Shown here piece after piece: positions 49,301 through 60,251 of a stretch of DNA of 64,000 nt (positions within the stretch are counted from its first letter, which is position 1; each line of letters begins with the position of its first letter). The stretch is from positions 48,986,401-49,050,400 of the forward strand of contig CM120641.1 of assembly GCA_051362555.1 (NCBI GenBank). Direction: 5' to 3'. Below the pieces are notes generated by a model. That model made no database searches, was not told the origin of the DNA, and saw only the letters and a list, made by a program, of their open reading frames with translations. This stretch comes from Lingula anatina. Its lineage: Eukaryota > Animalia > Brachiopoda. The position numbers and the translations under genes were made by a program.

Positions 49301-50124
49301 GAAGTTGTTTTAAATATGTTTTATTTCAGTTGTTCACTTAGCTACTGGTATTTATTTTTTTCACAAGCAGATTTTTAAAGGTGTAAGGTTTGCACAACTT
49401 CCAGCTTAGGCAATTGATTATTGTTGTTTTATGGCTGGAAACTAAGCTTTTATAATGAACTGTGAATTAGCTTTTGTTGTGGAGAAAGGATAATGTTAGC
49501 AAGTTTCTTTTCTTTCTTTCTTTTTTATTTTATTTTATTTATTATTATTTTATTATTTTTTTTTTGCTTGGGGAAAATATGTAACATAAAAGATCAACTA
49601 TTATGTCAGCTCTTAATATTGTGGCTACATGTCTTTCATCATTTTTTTCTCTGTTTTCTTACGTCCTGTATGGTTATTACGAAAGTACCATTTTAGGTTA
49701 TATTTTTTATTTTTTCACGTCATAAAGTGTTTATTGAATATTTTGTAAAACATTAGATTAACTATAAAACTCCTGGAAAAACAAAGCTTCTGGCATATCT
49801 GCTTTAACAGAGGTATGAGAGAAGAACTGTTTGGAAGTAGTCACCCCCCCCCCCCCCCCCAAATAAATAAATAAATAAATAAATAAAATAAAATAAATAA
49901 TAATTATTATTATTATTCAAAAGGCAGTTCAAATGATAATATAAAATGTATTTTATTTCAGGGGTAATTCTAGCAAGGTAGTGGAAATCGACCCTCTAGG
50001 CCAGACAGTAGACCTTTCTTATCTAAACCAGTCTGGGAGTTTTGAAGAGCCAGACAACGGAGAAAGTTATGAATTCAGTCGGACATTTGAGGATGAAAAT
50101 GGAGATCCTTGCAGTGCAGTCTGA
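25057..50124 (+). CDS. ARHGEF33: Rho guanine nucleotide exchange factor, coiled-coil plus DH domain without PH. Exons 25057-25093, 33716-33798, 36395-36559, 39681-39826, 40109-40281, 40555-40724, 40998-41079, 41569-41698, 42253-42388, 42652-42759, 43104-43199, 43348-43502, 43779-43901, 47584-48747, 49962-50124
   Basis: Exon phases are compatible throughout. The N-terminal LQSMMLELKDGFVHAMEELSKIQNGD resembles the ARHGEF33 coiled-coil as recalled. DH motifs RVARELLETERKY, FLLTPIQRIPRYVLLLK and KYTDPEHPDY are present, with no PH domain after them. Confidence 0.85.
25101..25146. repeat. (TC)n microsatellite
   Basis: Directly visible just after a donor site. Confidence 0.95.
26427..26480. repeat. 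(TC)n(AC)n compound microsatellite
   Basis: Directly visible. Confidence 0.95.
27313..27432. repeat. 60-bp perfect tandem duplication
   Basis: ATTAGTTTAACTGCAGC...GACTGAAAGCAA occurs at 27313 and 27373. Confidence 0.92.
27545..27755. mobile_element. Old MITE-like repeat with imperfect inverted ends
   Basis: TAGATCGATCTATC near 27563 and GATGGATCGATCTA near 27725 are inverted. A diverged relative appears at about 36190-36350. Confidence 0.45.
27894..28111 (+). repeat. 50-bp x5 degenerate array spanning the acceptor of ARHGEF33 coding exon 2
   Basis: TGTCTTGATCATTTCAG|ATGAGTTGGAATTG units resemble the real exon start ATGAGCTAGAACTG at 33716. The last unit is split by the transposon. Confidence 0.88.
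28690..29197. repeat. 197-bp x2.6 tandem repeat inside the transposon
   Basis: AAAAGACGTTAC recurs at 28724, 28921 and 29118. Confidence 0.9.
29339..30302 (+). CDS. Transposon-borne spliced gene fragment (exons 29339-29462, 29693-29797, 29906-30010, 30229-about 30302), unknown product
   Basis: Clean AG/GT borders, all phase 1. Basic NLS-like start MPIKKRKK, and a 105-nt exon duplicated with period 213. Confidence 0.5.
31225..32805 (-). pseudogene. Transposon-borne protein with YVGG...RKL, DRGGL and TIRG motifs, disrupted by a MITE
   Basis: Acidic exon 32805-32670 joins in frame to 32476. Removing the MITE and one TAA joins ...LLLSY|WEKLTTG... to the 31225-31410 ORF. Confidence 0.75.
31424..31635. 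mobile_element. PIF/Harbinger-type MITE (212 bp)
   Basis: TIR CCCCCTTTACACTGGACGGCGTCC with 3-bp TSD TAA (31421-31423 and 31636-31638). Excision restores the host frame. Confidence 0.9.
35205..35440. repeat. Degenerate tandem repeat of about 60 bp, about 4 copies
   Basis: Recurrent AACAGGTAT...ATTCCT.GAGAGAATT.CTAGGAGG.CAG. Confidence 0.75.
39423..39510. repeat. (TG)n microsatellite
   Basis: Directly visible. Confidence 0.95.
39560..39688 (+). repeat. About 45-bp x3 duplication spanning an ARHGEF33 acceptor
   Basis: Pyrimidine tract plus TAG|GACCAGTT at 39592, 39636 and 39680 (real acceptor). Confidence 0.88.
39795..39970 (+). repeat. About 62-bp x3 duplication spanning an ARHGEF33 donor
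   Basis: GAGAGATCTGGAGCCAT.TCTAACCAACTCAG|GTA at 39795, 39857 and 39918. Confidence 0.9.
41662..42290 (+). repeat. Intron built from a donor-side duplication (x2, 73 bp) and acceptor-side duplications (x6, 83-94 bp)
   Basis: TAG|CCTGATGTTC..TCCAGTGTGTCCAGACT-like copies have AG ending at 41814, 41907, 42001, 42086, 42169 and 42252 (real acceptor). Confidence 0.9.
43923..44070. repeat. 51-bp x3 tandem repeat 20 bp after a donor
   Basis: AGTGTGATGATGGGTGTGCC recurs at 43923, 43974 and 44025. Confidence 0.9.
44153..46349 (+). mobile_element. Non-autonomous Helentron-associated (HINE/DINE-1-like) element with internal satellite
   Basis: Subterminal IR GTACCACCAGC (44159) / GCTGGTGGTAC (about 46301), a 5' hairpin, a (CCGGCTCCG)n microsatellite, central 145-bp repeats, a 3' hairpin GAGGCG-GTAT-CGCCTC and a CTAG end in a T-rich site. 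Confidence 0.8.
44990..46030. repeat. About 145-bp x7 tandem array (TTGACCTTTGACCT-containing) inside the HINE-like element
   Basis: CTCCAAAACTGGCA recurs near 45001, 45146, 45290, 45434, 45580 and 45725, with diverged copies after that. Confidence 0.9.
46733..46774 (+). CDS. Candidate 42-nt cassette micro-exon of ARHGEF33 (RFRNYFREAYKILKG)
   Basis: TTTTATAG acceptor and GTATTG donor, phase 2-2 matching the flanking exons, open frame. Confidence 0.45.
49110..49197 (+). CDS. Candidate alternative stop-containing exon of ARHGEF33 ending ETRV*
   Basis: CTCTTTAG acceptor in phase 2, reading SGYEPTIDLCPEEESSEEIIPKFPSETRV* with GTAAGT directly after the stop. Confidence 0.6.
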
Positions 50125-52289
50125 TCTCCACACACCTGTGCTAGAGACTCAAAGTTCAAGAGGCCAAAATGAGCTCATAATTACTTCTACTATGTGTAAG
50201 GAGGTAGAATATCTTTGTTATAAAATAGCATGTTTATATGGGAATAGGCACTGGGTGCTTCTATTGTTTATTAAGTAACAAAAGTTAACATACAGTTTAT
50301 TTATATATGTCAGTTTGTTTTGGAAAGAATTGTTTTTATTTCTTTGTCAGGTTTAATTCTAGAACATAGGTCAAACGACCACAGTGCTGTACACAGGATC
50401 AGGTAGATCTTGGAGTAATGTCATTTTATATGGAACATCAGGCAACTTTCGTTTTTTGTCAAACTGACTGTTAGTTGTAGTCAGTTCACTAACTATGAGC
50501 ATTTTTTAAAATCTGTTCAAAAATGTCATTGTCTTAGACCCAACAAGTTGGCAGGATTTTAATGAATTGCCTTAAAAACAAACATTGTATTTGACAGTTC
50601 AAGCAATGAATTAAGTGCAATGGTTGACAAGAAAGAGGGGAACATGTTCCCTAGTAACTGTTTGAAAAACTTTTATTACATCTTCAGAAAAATAAGTTTG
50701 TAAAACTTTGTTCCCTTTTTATTTGCCTGGGGCCTCAGCAGCTTGATACTATTTGGATGAGGATGAATTCCTGAAAACTTGATAATTGAAATATCTACAG
50801 ATTTTATTGCAAGATGTTAGGCTTGTTAATTTTTTCCATTTATTTATTTTTATTCTTTTTTAAGCAGATGGGGCTGAGAGCTAGCACCCAAATGTTTCAT
50901 GTCTTTATTTATACCAATGAGAGGGGAATCTGCAAGTAAATATAAAAGATGATGTGAAGAGTACGACCCTCCATAGTGTTGTATGTGAACTAGGCAATAC
51001 TAGGGTGACATTTCAGAGAAAGCTAAGTCATACTCACATGTACCTCAACTATGGTATGCTAGCATTTTTTTACAATAAGAACAATGTCACATATTTAAGA
51101 TGTTATTAATTACACTACAGCAATAAAAAAAGTGTGCTGCAGTTTCATAATTGTGTTCTAACAATACTCAATGTTTTCTGGACTTTGTTCCTGTTTGCTT
51201 CATTTTTATGACACGAATTGAGAAACTGACAAATAAATGATGTGCTTTCTTTGTAAATATATTTTACCATAACTAATTAATCAAAATGTAAGTTAACCTA
51301 ATTTTTGTATATATTATGAATAGATCTTCAATCCCTCATGTACTCTACATTAACTTTATTTCTCTCAAAAATGCTGGCAGATCATGAATGCTTTGAAGCC
51401 ATTTGTACATTATTAGAATTATTGCAGGTTACACTTATTCATGTTATTGTGCTTACTAATACTGTTAGAATGAAATTAATTTATTTGAATATAATGAAAG
51501 GTATTTATTACTTTATTGAAGGACCCGTCCGTTTTGAAACAAAGAATTGGAAAGCAACTTTCCTTGCCAAAGAGATTTCTTTTACAATTGTGTTCAAGTT
51601 TTAGTGATATTTCACATCCAGTAAGCTGAAACAGCAAGGCTACATCTATTGTTGTATTAATATCATTACGTACCAGTATACATTTTATGTTTTAGATTGT
51701 AAATAAATAATAACCATGAGATTAAATCACTTTTTCTTTGCTTGTTTTTGGAATTTATTAAAGAAGAAACTTTAACTGAGGCACGAATATTTAAGAGAAA
51801 GTCAAGATTCCTATTGTCATAAGATGCACTTTCATGCACACAACTATTAAGTTTGTTGCCCAGACTGAAGTACCAAAGAAGACTACGTCTACTTGCACTT
51901 GTAGTAAGCTTGAGGCAAGCTGGGATACATTGTTTAAGAAATAAGATGCCATACTACCCATAAAGGCCCATTACAAGTTGACAACTGACATCATTTTAAA
52001 AATGTTTATTTCAACTAAAACTTCAAAATGCCTTCCTTGAACTGTTTCCTCACATCTCTAATCTCTGCTTAGCCCATTTCAGAACTTCCTTCTTGAAGGG
52101 AAAATCAAAAACTAAAAGGATATGAATAATGCATAACTTGAAAGTCTTAACATGTGTTGATGTTCTGGAACAACTTTTATGAAATAAAAAGTACATGTAA
52201 ACTTTCAAACTAACATCCTTCCAGCAAGAAAGTTCAAATGAAGCACCAACAGCTCCTATCTACTGATGCACGGTGAAGCACTGGATGTG

Positions 52290-54974
52290 TTAGATGTGAC
52301 TGAGCTTCTCTAACACATCTGTCACACCTGCTTCTACACAGGTCTCTGTGACACCAGCTACTGTGTCAGTTTTCTTGCTCTTCTTTTTCTTCAAGGTGGG
52401 TAACTTAACCTGTAAAGATGGCTTAATCTTGCCTCTCTTAGCTACTCTGATAACACTTGATACAACATCATCGACAAGATCCTTCTTTTCCCTTTTTCGC
52501 TCTTTTTTCTTCTTTTTAGTTTTGTCTTTAGATGGTTTAGATCTTTGTCTCATCTTTTTGTTCCCCATATCACCGTGTTCTGTTTCTTTATCTACTGAAT
52601 TTTCATCCTCTCTTTTTTTCTTCTTTGACCTTTTAGCAGGTTTTATTTCTTTATCAATAGATTCCTGATTTGTTCTCTTTCTCTTCCTGGGCTTTTTAGC
52701 AGGTTTTGAAGGATCATGGGCTCTTTTCAGATGTTTGCTCAGATCAGATGAAGACATGTAATTACTGGGACATATCTTACATTTGAAAGGTCTCTCCCCT
52801 GTGTGTGTTCTCTCGTGAATGGTTTTAGCTGAAGCAGTGGCGTACCCCATCTGACAGTAAGAACACTTATGTGGCCGTTCTCCCGTGTGTATGTAGCCAT
52901 GAACCACCAGTTCTTTCCTGGTGCAGAAACGTTTTCCACATTCAGAGCACAAATATTTCTTCATCCCAATGTGAATTCTGTTTTCGTGCACGGTTCGCTC
53001 AGCTGACCTTGCAAAGGTCATGTCACAGTAACGACACTTATGAGACTTGACCTCCAGATGTCTTCTCTGATGTATATACCAGGTATGTTTACTAGCAAAT
53101 GCCTTTCCACACTCCTGGCATGCTATCTGATCTTCCCCATGCTCCAACATGTGATCATCTAGTTCAGCTTGGGATACAAGTGTCTTTCTGCATACTTTGC
53201 ATGTCAGACGAATACAATCTTTGTGGTGGTCTTCCAAGGCCTCGAAATTTAAAAAGTTGCTGGAACAATTTCTACAGGTGAAAGCATCCTGATGACTTAA
53301 CCAATCTTTCATAATGGATTCTAGGGTATTCTGGCCCACTTTGTGTTGTTTAATCATGTGTTGTCTCAAATATTGTCTTTTTGAGAATACAGTATCACAC
53401 CCTGACTTGGGGCAGTGATAACTTCTGTCACCATCACAACTATCACCAGTATCCATGTCAACATGACAACCATCACCAGTGGGTGTGTCACCATCACAAC
53501 AATCACCAGTGGGCCCTATACCTTTATTTTCCACACTATTTACTTTCTTGTCATTTTCTATCTTTTCTTTATTATTTACCTTTTTATTCTTTTCCCCTTT
53601 TGGCAAACTTTCATTACTTTCAGATTTCCTAGGGAGGGTGAGAGTTAATTTAAATGATGCATCTGATTTTTTGTCCGTGTTTGTAAAATTTTCACTATCT
53701 ACTTCTATATCAGGGTCAGGGGCTTCATCAGCAGTGCAGGGTGACTCCCCTCTGATGTTACCCCCCTGGGCAGAGACCACACTAGAATCCACTTTAGATT
53801 TTTCTTCTTCATTACTAAGTTTCATAAAGTCACTTTCTTCATTAAATAAAAGAATATCATTGTCTTTGTTATGTTCTGGAGAAAAGGTAGGAGTTTCAGC
53901 AGAGCCACTGCCACATTTAGAGTCATCAGTTGAAGTTCTTTTCATATAATACTGTGATTTATCAACCTTCAGAACTTTACATGAATCACTCTGCTGACCA
54001 GCAGTCACAGATGGTCTACTTTGTTTGTTAACTATATTTTTCTTCCCTATCATTTTCACAACAGAATTCTGCATGTCAGTTACTGTAGAACCATGGCCAT
54101 TTATCTCTGTAGTAGCTGACTGGGGCTCTTTCTTCTTAACAATGTCCAAATCCTTACATTTTACACTGTAACCATCTGACTCTATACAAATATTAATCTC
54201 CTCACTGGTTGCTAGTTGAAGGCTTTTTTCCTCCTCAGTAACTTCAGCACAGGAGAAAGGATATCCAGACTCCATGTCCACCAAATCAAAGGTCTTCCCA
54301 GGGGTTTCCACATCACACGGGGTGCTGCCAACATTCTGACATGAGACCTCCAGCAGACTTTGGTCAGCTCCCATAAAAACATTACTATTACTTTCACTAG
54401 ATGTGTTTAATGGCAGAGATGGCTTTAGGTTTTCCTTAAAACTATCAGAACTACGATCAAGAGGTTCTGATGAGCAGTTACCTTCACCTTGCACTAAACT
54501 ATCATCATTTGCAATAATAAAGGTGTCTGATTTTTCCTTGACACATTCTCCACTTATTTCTGACTGAGGTACTTCATTCAAATCCACAACTCTTGGAAAT
54601 ACAAAGGTAGTTGATACCACTAGATGGGAATCTTTTACAGTTTTTGCACTGAAACGTTCTGCAAACTTCCTGTGAGCTTCTTCAATTACTCTCAACATAT
54701 CAGCAGCAGCATCAGTGCCTTTTTCAAACTTGCTGTTAGTGGAATGCATATATTGTTGATCCTCCCTGTCTTTACTAACAGCAGCTACTGCACATAGTGG
54801 TGTGATTTCTCCATCTGTACCCTTAGCTCTACCTCCACTGCTAGGACCTACAATACAGGAGCCATCATTACAGGAGGTGTCTGAGTCAGTGTCACACCCA
54901 GAACAAGAACAACAAGAGCAACTAGAGCCACAGTCAGAAGAAAAAGAAGCATCAAAAGTCCTGTCAGTGTCCAT
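52290..54974 (-). CDS. C2H2 zinc finger protein (about 8 fingers) in a single large coding exon
   Basis: Tandem CxxC-x12-HxxxH fingers with HTGERP linkers, an acidic N-terminal half and a basic tail. First ATG is at 54974, but the frame is open to an acceptor at 55025, so an upstream coding exon is possible. Confidence 0.92.
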   Translation of the reverse strand: MDTDRTFDASFSSDCGSSCSCCSCSGCDTDSDTSCNDGSCIVGPSSGGRAKGTDGEITPLCAVAAVSKDREDQQYMHSTNSKFEKGTDAAADMLRVIEEAHRKFAERFSAKTVKDSHLVVSTTFVFPRVVDLNEVPQSEISGECVKEKSDTFIIANDDSLVQGEGNCSSEPLDRSSDSFKENLKPSLPLNTSSESNSNVFMGADQSLLEVSCQNVGSTPCDVETPGKTFDLVDMESGYPFSCAEVTEEEKSLQLATSEEINICIESDGYSVKCKDLDIVKKKEPQSATTEINGHGSTVTDMQNSVVKMIGKKNIVNKQSRPSVTAGQQSDSCKVLKVDKSQYYMKRTSTDDSKCGSGSAETPTFSPEHNKDNDILLFNEESDFMKLSNEEEKSKVDSSVVSAQGGNIRGESPCTADEAPDPDIEVDSENFTNTDKKSDASFKLTLTLPRKSESNESLPKGEKNKKVNNKEKIENDKKVNSVENKGIGPTGDCCDGDTPTGDGCHVDMDTGDSCDGDRSYHCPKSGCDTVFSKRQYLRQHMIKQHKVGQNTLESIMKDWLSHQDAFTCRNCSSNFLNFEALEDHHKDCIRLTCKVCRKTLVSQAELDDHMLEHGEDQIACQECGKAFASKHTWYIHQRRHLEVKSHKCRYCDMTFARSAERTVHENRIHIGMKKYLCSECGKRFCTRKELVVHGYIHTGERPHKCSYCQMGYATASAKTIHERTHTGERPFKCKICPSNYMSSSDLSKHLKRAHDPSKPAKKPRKRKRTNQESIDKEIKPAKRSKKKKREDENSVDKETEHGDMGNKKMRQRSKPSKDKTKKKKKERKREKKDLVDDVVSSVIRVAKRGKIKPSLQVKLPTLKKKKSKKTDTVAGVTETCVEAGVTDVLEKLSHI

Positions 54975-55983
54975 CTTGTAAATGTTCCTGAGGGTGGTCA
55001 GCAACACTTGACCAAACTTCTCACCTGCAGAAAGGGGTCAGGAAATCACCTAAAAATACAAGTTTCTTCCATTACTGGGTTAAAACATTAAATAGTGTCA
55101 TTAGTGAAAATACATCTTAGAGGAAAATTTTATCATCTGCAAAAATCCATGATTTTTCAGCAATATAATACTCAGTATATGAATTTATTTAAAACTTATT
55201 ATTGACCCCCAAACAACAGACCTATTAGTACTTAGATAGTGAACAGAGAGAGATCTTGAATGAATTAAAAGTCACTGTTCCACTTATTCTGTACTACTGC
55301 TGGTGTAAGATCTGCTTTGAAAAAGCGTCGTCGTATCCAAGACTAGCAGGAAAATTTGTGTGTCAGCAATCATTTTTGTTTTTGTAATAGTTAAATGGTC
55401 AGAGATAGTGAGAGGTCTTGCCTTAATTTTTGGCGTAAAATGCTTGTTTCTTACCAAAGGCAAGCCCTCATTCCACCGTGTTTCAAACTTTCAAGACATT
55501 TAATACCAAAGTCCTCGCTAAATTGTGTCGCACCTCATGTATATATAATATAATTCGCATTTCAAGAGCTTTTGTATCTATTCAAGCGCTAGTTCGATAA
55601 AGTTTTAGTCCTTTTTATGCAATTACTACCAGTTTAGATGCGTCACATCTGGTCTTGAGAAATTGTAATTTAGGGTGGTAAGCCTAAAATTGAGGCAAAC
55701 GGTAGAGTTACCAATACTATTACCAACCCCGGCCTACAAATTGTTTAGTTATTACACATTAACTAGGTATTAAAACCAAAACTGGTTATGCTTGCCGCCT
55801 CAACAAACCTTAAACTATTTTGACTGCTTCTGCAAAGGTGAAAACAAGCCAAACAGCAACGCCGTGAAATAAAAATTACATGACTGAAAGCGCGAGCTGA
55901 GAAGCTACCGCGTTAAGTGGGGAATTACCTTGCCACCGATGTTACATATGTAACGCATTTGCCAAGCGAGTCCTTGCTGTGAA

Positions 55984-56017
55984 CTAGGATCCAAAAATAA
56001 TTATCTTTGGATCCTAG
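55984..56017. mobile_element. 34-bp fold-back remnant (17+17 bp TIR ends) of the CTAGGATCC transposon family
   Basis: CTAGGATCCAAAAATAA|TTATCTTTGGATCCTAG flanked by the 7-bp direct repeat CTGTGAA. Confidence 0.88.
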
Positions 56018-59000
56018 CTGTGAAGCATCCCACTCGCGCTGAACTGTCACCTTGATTAGTTAACAAACCGTGTAAAACAGTCTAATAACCAAACTCGACT
56101 ATCAAACCAGTATACCATAATGCAAAAAAAAAAAAAAAAAAAAAAAAAAATCAGCTCCATATTTTTCAATGAATTTCTTAAAACCATACCTTACAGATTA
56201 CAAAATGTAATCTTCAACTAGATTAAGGCAGTGATAGTTAAAGCAAATGGCCCAATACAAAAGACAACAGAAGTCTTAGTTCCGGCATTGTGTTTTGAAC
56301 TAAAAATCATGGCAGTAAAAATCTATTTAATATTTTCTTATTCATATCACATTTCTGCATGAAATGAAATTATATTTCATTCATTCTGTATTGTTTTTGA
56401 AAAGTTGAAATTGTATTTTTGCCACACTGATGAGAATACTCAACTTCCTTGAAAAGATGTCTGTCTGAAAGTGGAAACAAAATAACGGACAATTTTGGAG
56501 TCATAAAAATTGTGTCTCTGGTAAGTATCTGTGGTGCTTTTCTTTGTAGAGAAAAGAACTATAAGGTAGCCTGTTTTTCAGTTTTGTGCTACCAATCAAC
56601 AGCAATGTTCTAATTCCAAGAATTTATGACTTAAAAAGTATTGTATCTGTAAAATTAATAAGTTTTCCCATGGAAATAATCGAGCCATTACTGTACTTGA
56701 TTGTTTACTCCAACTGGTGTTCAGTTTGGTTACAATTTATTAAAACAATAATGAAAACTATGGGAGCAGAATAAAAGACAAAGATAATGGAGTTAAATTT
56801 TATTTACAAATCCAACAAAATGGGAGTAATATTATTTATCATACTTAGTGAAAATAATACCATAAAGGCAACAGGGTAACACCCCTTTCAAATCTAGTAG
56901 ACTACTATTATATGCAATATTAACATGCCTTTAGGTGAATAGGTACAGAAGTAGAATGAACACCTTCAGAATCCTTGCCGTAAATCACAATTCAAGCTAC
57001 ATTCTGTCTAAAGTCTACATGCATGAGTATTGTAAAAACACGGTATCAATGATTGTGAAACTTGTCACATAAAATCTCTCATTTAGGACATAATAGCAGT
57101 AGCACAAAGCGATATGGGCTGTCAGAATAAATAAAATACAAATGTAAAACTGGTATACTTTAACATTGCACTTGAATGACTTGTTAAAAATATTATTGGG
57201 ATTTAAACATTACGACCAGAACTAAAAAAGACCAAATAGGCCTTTTTAAAAAAACACTCCATACTAACTATGGAAAGAAGTCTAACTGAACAAAGTTAGA
57301 CACAAAAATGTTGGATTACGAGAAAACTGTTAAATACATGTACGAAAGAAAATTTTGAAAGTTGAAGAAATGTCCAGTTCAAAGGGCTGTTCAAAATTTT
57401 TTTAATGAATTTTGGAAACTCGTGGAGATTGCAATAATATAACATATATACTTAAAAGGGGAAACCTCAGCACCATCATGCTTCTTTTCTTCACACCTCC
57501 ATCAGATCTTTATCTACATGTGGTACTGATTGAACTGTTCAACCCGTTTATATAAGTAAACAATGCTACAGATAAAATACAATTACAATTCTATAATTTC
57601 AAAAACACTATTTGCACTTCAAAGGCCTTCAAAGGTTTTCTCACTGTCACACCTTAAAGACCAAATTTTTCACCAAACAAAATTGTGCACCACATAAATC
57701 AAAAATAAGAAGAAAACTTCTCGCAATATAAAACAGACAAAATATAGGGTAAATTTTAGGGTCAAGGGTATTTGCTGCTGCTTGACATTTAATTATGCTA
57801 ATATTTCAGGGTAATGCCAGACAGCAACCTCTCCCCACTGTTCTCAGCTCATTGTAATATTATAATCAGCTCATTGAAATATTATAATCAGCTCCATGCC
57901 CTGACAGGATAGTACATGCACCAGACATAAAGATATGAACTGCCAATAAAAATTTTTAATCATTAAGTAACATAAGTAAACATTCAAGAGCAGCATTCCT
58001 TGTGCAATGCCAATCTTTTTCTCCAACTTTATCCTATTCACACAGCAATAGAACAGAGAAATCAGGCACTGAACTATAAAAAACACTGTGTAACACTTAG
58101 AGACTACAGCAGAGGCCTGCTTTGACCACTGTAAAATGATATGCTAAATGTAGAGAGGGTAGCTATCACAAAAATAAAACTGGCCAGGAGATGCTTTGAC
58201 CACAGTTATGTTGTTGGGGATTCCAATATAATATAAACTTCAATAAATGGTGTTAATTTTCACTACAGGAAGTGCCAGGAGTTCCCATGATTCCATGCTG
58301 CAAACATGTGACTTCCCTTTGTACCATGACATGAAAGACAGCACTGTTGACAAATAATTCAGAAGTCATCAACACTAATTCAATCATATATTTAATGCAA
58401 TAATACTCCCCTTTCTGCCAGAGATTCTCTCAGTCAAAAAACTGATGAATTAAATGCAAAAGTTTACAATTCAAGGTACACTTTGCAATCATCAATTCTT
58501 AGAAAAAATTCATACATCCATGGCAAGACGACAGTTCTAGTGAATCAAATTTTTATATGAACATTATAGTCACTCACTCTAACAAAAACATTTACCATGC
58601 AATAAAATGAATAAATAGCGCCTTCCGTCCTGCAGGCTTGGGGCACCACAGTCACTACAAGCATGATATATATGAAGTATGATCACTTTCACCAAGGAGG
58701 ATAGAACACAGAGCATAGCATGAAAACCACTTCTGGGCAAATATAAAGGAGCACAGGCTATCATATTTGGGGGCAAGGTTCTCTAGACATTTGTGGATTT
58801 TGAAGTTGTTTTTTACAAACTTTACCAGACCATCTAGCTAATGTATACCTGACAACTCATCAAGGATATTTTATAATGAAGATACCCACAGGATCCTTGT
58901 TAGGCAAACTTTGTCTCAGAATCCAGTTTGCATCTCCAAACATTATGTAATTATATAATTCAGAGGTTTTTTACAACTGGTGTCCCAGGTTTCTCTTTAT

Positions 59001-59079
59001 ACTGTGTTGTATATCATACTGTCAACATCACTACAGACAAGCACCAAATATTGTTGACTTCTTCATGCAATGACAATAA

Positions 59080-59450
59080 GACAACTGATATTCTTATTAG
59101 ACAGAAGTTAAGTTGCTAAAACAACTGATATTTCCTCTTTAGACAAAAGACATGTTGCTAAGACAACAGATATATTCTTATTAATCTGGAGCTAAGTTGC
59201 TATGAAAACTGATATATTCTTATTAGATGGAAGATAAGTTTAAGACAACTGATATTTTCTCTTTAGACAGAAATAGAATGTTGCTAAGATGATAGATATA
59301 TTCTTTTTAGTCAGGAGCTGAGTTGCAACGAAAACTGATATATTCTTATTTGATGGAAGATAAGTTACTTAGACAACTAATATATTCTTTTTAGTCAGGA
59401 GCTGAGTTGCTTAAGATATCTGATATATCGTCATTAGACAGGAGATAACA
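59080..59450. repeat. Degenerate tandem repeat of about 40 bp, about 9 copies
   Basis: Recurrent AAGACAACTGATATATTCTTATTAGA...AAGTTGCT. Confidence 0.8.
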
Positions 59451-60220
59451 AGTCACAAACAGAACTCAAAGCATGCTGATTGTAAGCTGAAAGCATGGTT
59501 AGTTATAGTCTATTACAGTTTGTTGTCATTGTAATACAACTACAGATTACTCTGTCCATAATGTACCCAAATCATTTTAAACAGTAAATCCATACAAACT
59601 CATTGCAGATTTTTTTGCTACTATCTATAGTTGTTTTTGTCAAATGCTTTTCATATTAATGCCATGACCTTTTTTAATAAAAGATCTCAGGTCCATTCAT
59701 ATCAGTTTGCCTTAAAAGCTAGCCACATTTCTCCCCTTATCCTGGTAGACAATTCGTATAGTCCTGTATCTATTTCCCGCCGACCTGGTAGTCATTTCAC
59801 ATACTCTTGAACCTATCTCCCAATGACCTAATAGTCAATTCACGTAGTCCTGTACCTATTTCTCGCTGGCCATGTAGTCAATTCAAATGGTACTAGGCGA
59901 TAGAAATTGTGCCTATTTACTGCCTATACATGCTGCTGTTCCTACCTATCCTTCTTGCTTGTGACTGATACCTGTGTAAATTATATGTCTACTATCCACC
60001 AGTTTCCACATCATCTATGTGGAAACAGTTTATCATTTTACATGCTATATCTTGGAACAGCGACAAGGAAAACACCTGATGGTTTGGTGTCATACCTCAT
60101 GATGGAGACTAACATGCCTCATACAGAATAATATAAATAGCATTCTGATGACAACAACAACAGAAATTACAGAGAAGCAATTTTCTCCAAGCTAACCTGC
60201 ATTATGATTACATGAGTGTT

Positions 60221-60251
<31 letters not shown>

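Noticed and set aside
52348-53949. Plus-strand ORFs opposite the zinc-finger gene
   Set aside because: They are antisense shadows of a Lys/Glu-rich CDS with no independent motifs.
55941-55954. 14-bp palindrome GTTACATATGTAAC
   Set aside because: It could be a transcription-factor site, but it is single and unsupported.
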